Part shown: piece by piece, positions 62,422 to 64,000 of the stretch
How positions within the stretch are numbered: position 1 is the first letter of the stretch
Layout: each line of letters opens with the position of its first letter
Assembly (NCBI RefSeq): GCF_000143415.4
Contig: NW_003314267.1
Span: 1,123,309-1,187,308 of the forward strand
Direction of reading: 5' to 3'
Source: Selaginella moellendorffii
Lineage: Eukaryota; Plantae; Lycopodiophyta
DNA length: 64,000 bases
The notes under the pieces: model-generated
The model's input: only the letters and a program-made list of their open reading frames with translations
Told to the model about the DNA's origin: nothing
The model's database searches: none
Position numbers and translations under genes: made by a program

Positions 62422-64000
62422 CAGAACCTACCGTACCCCTAATTGTCTAATTGAATTTTGAGCTTTTGCGTGAGAGAAAAATTCAAATCCTGTTGCTGCC
62501 TTGAGAAACGCAATTTGAACAAACACACCTTGGGCTCATTGCTGCTGCTCACAAGCCGAGCGAGCAATCCTAAACTTGCATATAGATGACAGCTATTTTC
62601 TATGCTTTCTTTTCACTGCCCTTTATCGGCCAAAATATCAACCCCATTTTTCCTGAAATCACTGAACGCGATCCATGCAGGAGAACATTTACTCTATCTA
62701 TTTATTTATCTATATTCTGTGTTGATAGTCTCGCACTTTGAAGCATGAGACTGATGGATGCATAATGCAAGGGTTTGTGAGCTTTGCTAATGATGCTCGC
62801 TACTCCATGCTTCATACAATCTTCAAGCTCCAAGCTCTTCAGAAGTTGTAGACTTTACCTTGTTCTTGGTCTTCCTAGCTCTTCTTGGTTTCAGTGCTCT
62901 TGACCTCTCTTTGTTCTATAACTTCTCTTGGCAATAATCTTTTGGCAAATTATTGGCTTGAAAGTTGAGTTGCCTTTGTCCACTTGTTTCTTCTTACTCG
63001 GGTTTATGGCTTGATTGTAGTAGTGGTCTTGGCTGATGAACACTTGACCTTGTCAGTTGCAACCTGCTTCCGAAGTTGCACAAGATGCGAAGAGTACATT
63101 CCATCGTAAGTAACACAAAGCTAGGCAAAGCCTTCACTGAAGAGATCGCATATATGGTACTCGATTTATACCAACTCGCAATCAAGAAGCGAGGTTGCAA
63201 TTGTGATTGTAAAGCCATGGAATCTTCATAGATGAGCAGACGATAACCCTCCTTGACACTCTGCCTGGACACGAAGTAAAGTCCAGCAGCATCGCCTTGC
63301 GTGACACTTCCCCATCACAACTAATGAGGCAGAGCTGGAGAAGGTTCTGGGGCTCCTTCCGGAACATTGGTTGACTAAAAGTTGCAACTACACACCATCG
63401 TGAAAGGAAATGCTGCCAGTTAATTTGTTCTAGTTTTTCCACCAGCCATACCACATTGAAGGTTCTATAGTCAAATATTTCATGTTTCTCTTTATTGCAG
63501 GCTATCTGGAGTTATTCACTGTGTACAATAATCGCAACATAATGGATTTCCAACGCTACCTCACCAGCCACTTCAGAAATGTAGAAGTGAATCTAACTTG
63601 TCTACAAAGACTCACAGCTGAACGGTCTGCGCGATCTCTTTTAAAGGGTAAGGTACGTTTGGAGAATGCCCAGCTGAAATGGTTTCATACCCTCGCTCAC
63701 TTGTTTTACAGACCCAAGATTTAAATTAGAAGGATGCCAGAAACAGTACAAAACGCGGGTTGCTGGTTGAAAGAAGGCCGCTGATGATCCTCAGATTCGC
63801 GAGCTGCTTGAGATCCAAGCAAATCTCTTCACATATATTCCTTCTATAATATTCCTCGTCTCTCACGATCTTCTAAATCGGTTCCCTATTATATTGGCGG
63901 CGATGGAAGCTCTAGCATTGGCGTTCTCCTGGTTGCGACGAGCTCCAGCACAGGCAAGCACGCAGGCAAACACGCAGGCAAGCACACAGGCAACAGGATT
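61630..64000 (-). repeat. Right arm of the inverted segmental duplication, continuing past the window end
   Basis: The last 40 nt reverse-complement to aatcctgttgcctgtgtgcttgcc, matching 54943. Confidence 0.9.

Overview
Eukaryotic plant DNA. Compact 46-60 nt introns, PLS-type PPR and F-box relics, and ~50% GC genes suggest the lycophyte Selaginella, which is an inference. There are two assembly gaps (2525-2624, 49865-49964). One intact 7-exon host gene encodes an EF-hand mitochondrial carrier (16190..13557, minus), next to F-box and PPR pseudogenes. Most of 17-55 kb is nested LTR retroelements: a young 7.8 kb non-coding LARD-like element with TSD, older inverted copies of it, a tandem array of Cassandra-like TRIMs carrying a 5S rRNA internal promoter, a solo LTR, two Ty3/gypsy bodies, and a deleted Ty1/copia inserted in a host ORF. 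The window ends in an inverted segmental duplication of an orphan gene family. Headline finding: the chromodomain-bearing gypsy at 39.7-45.3 kb has two canonical, host-sized GT-AG introns inside integrase (42985-43030 and 43449-43500). Removing them exactly restores HPQT-DGQTERVN and KLTQ-RFMGPY. A third candidate intron could switch Gag versus Gag-Pol. The non-coding LARD and the 5S-TRIM share this element's LTR ends and PPT, and the LARD also shares its tRNA-like 3' RNA cassette, suggesting a helper/parasite system.
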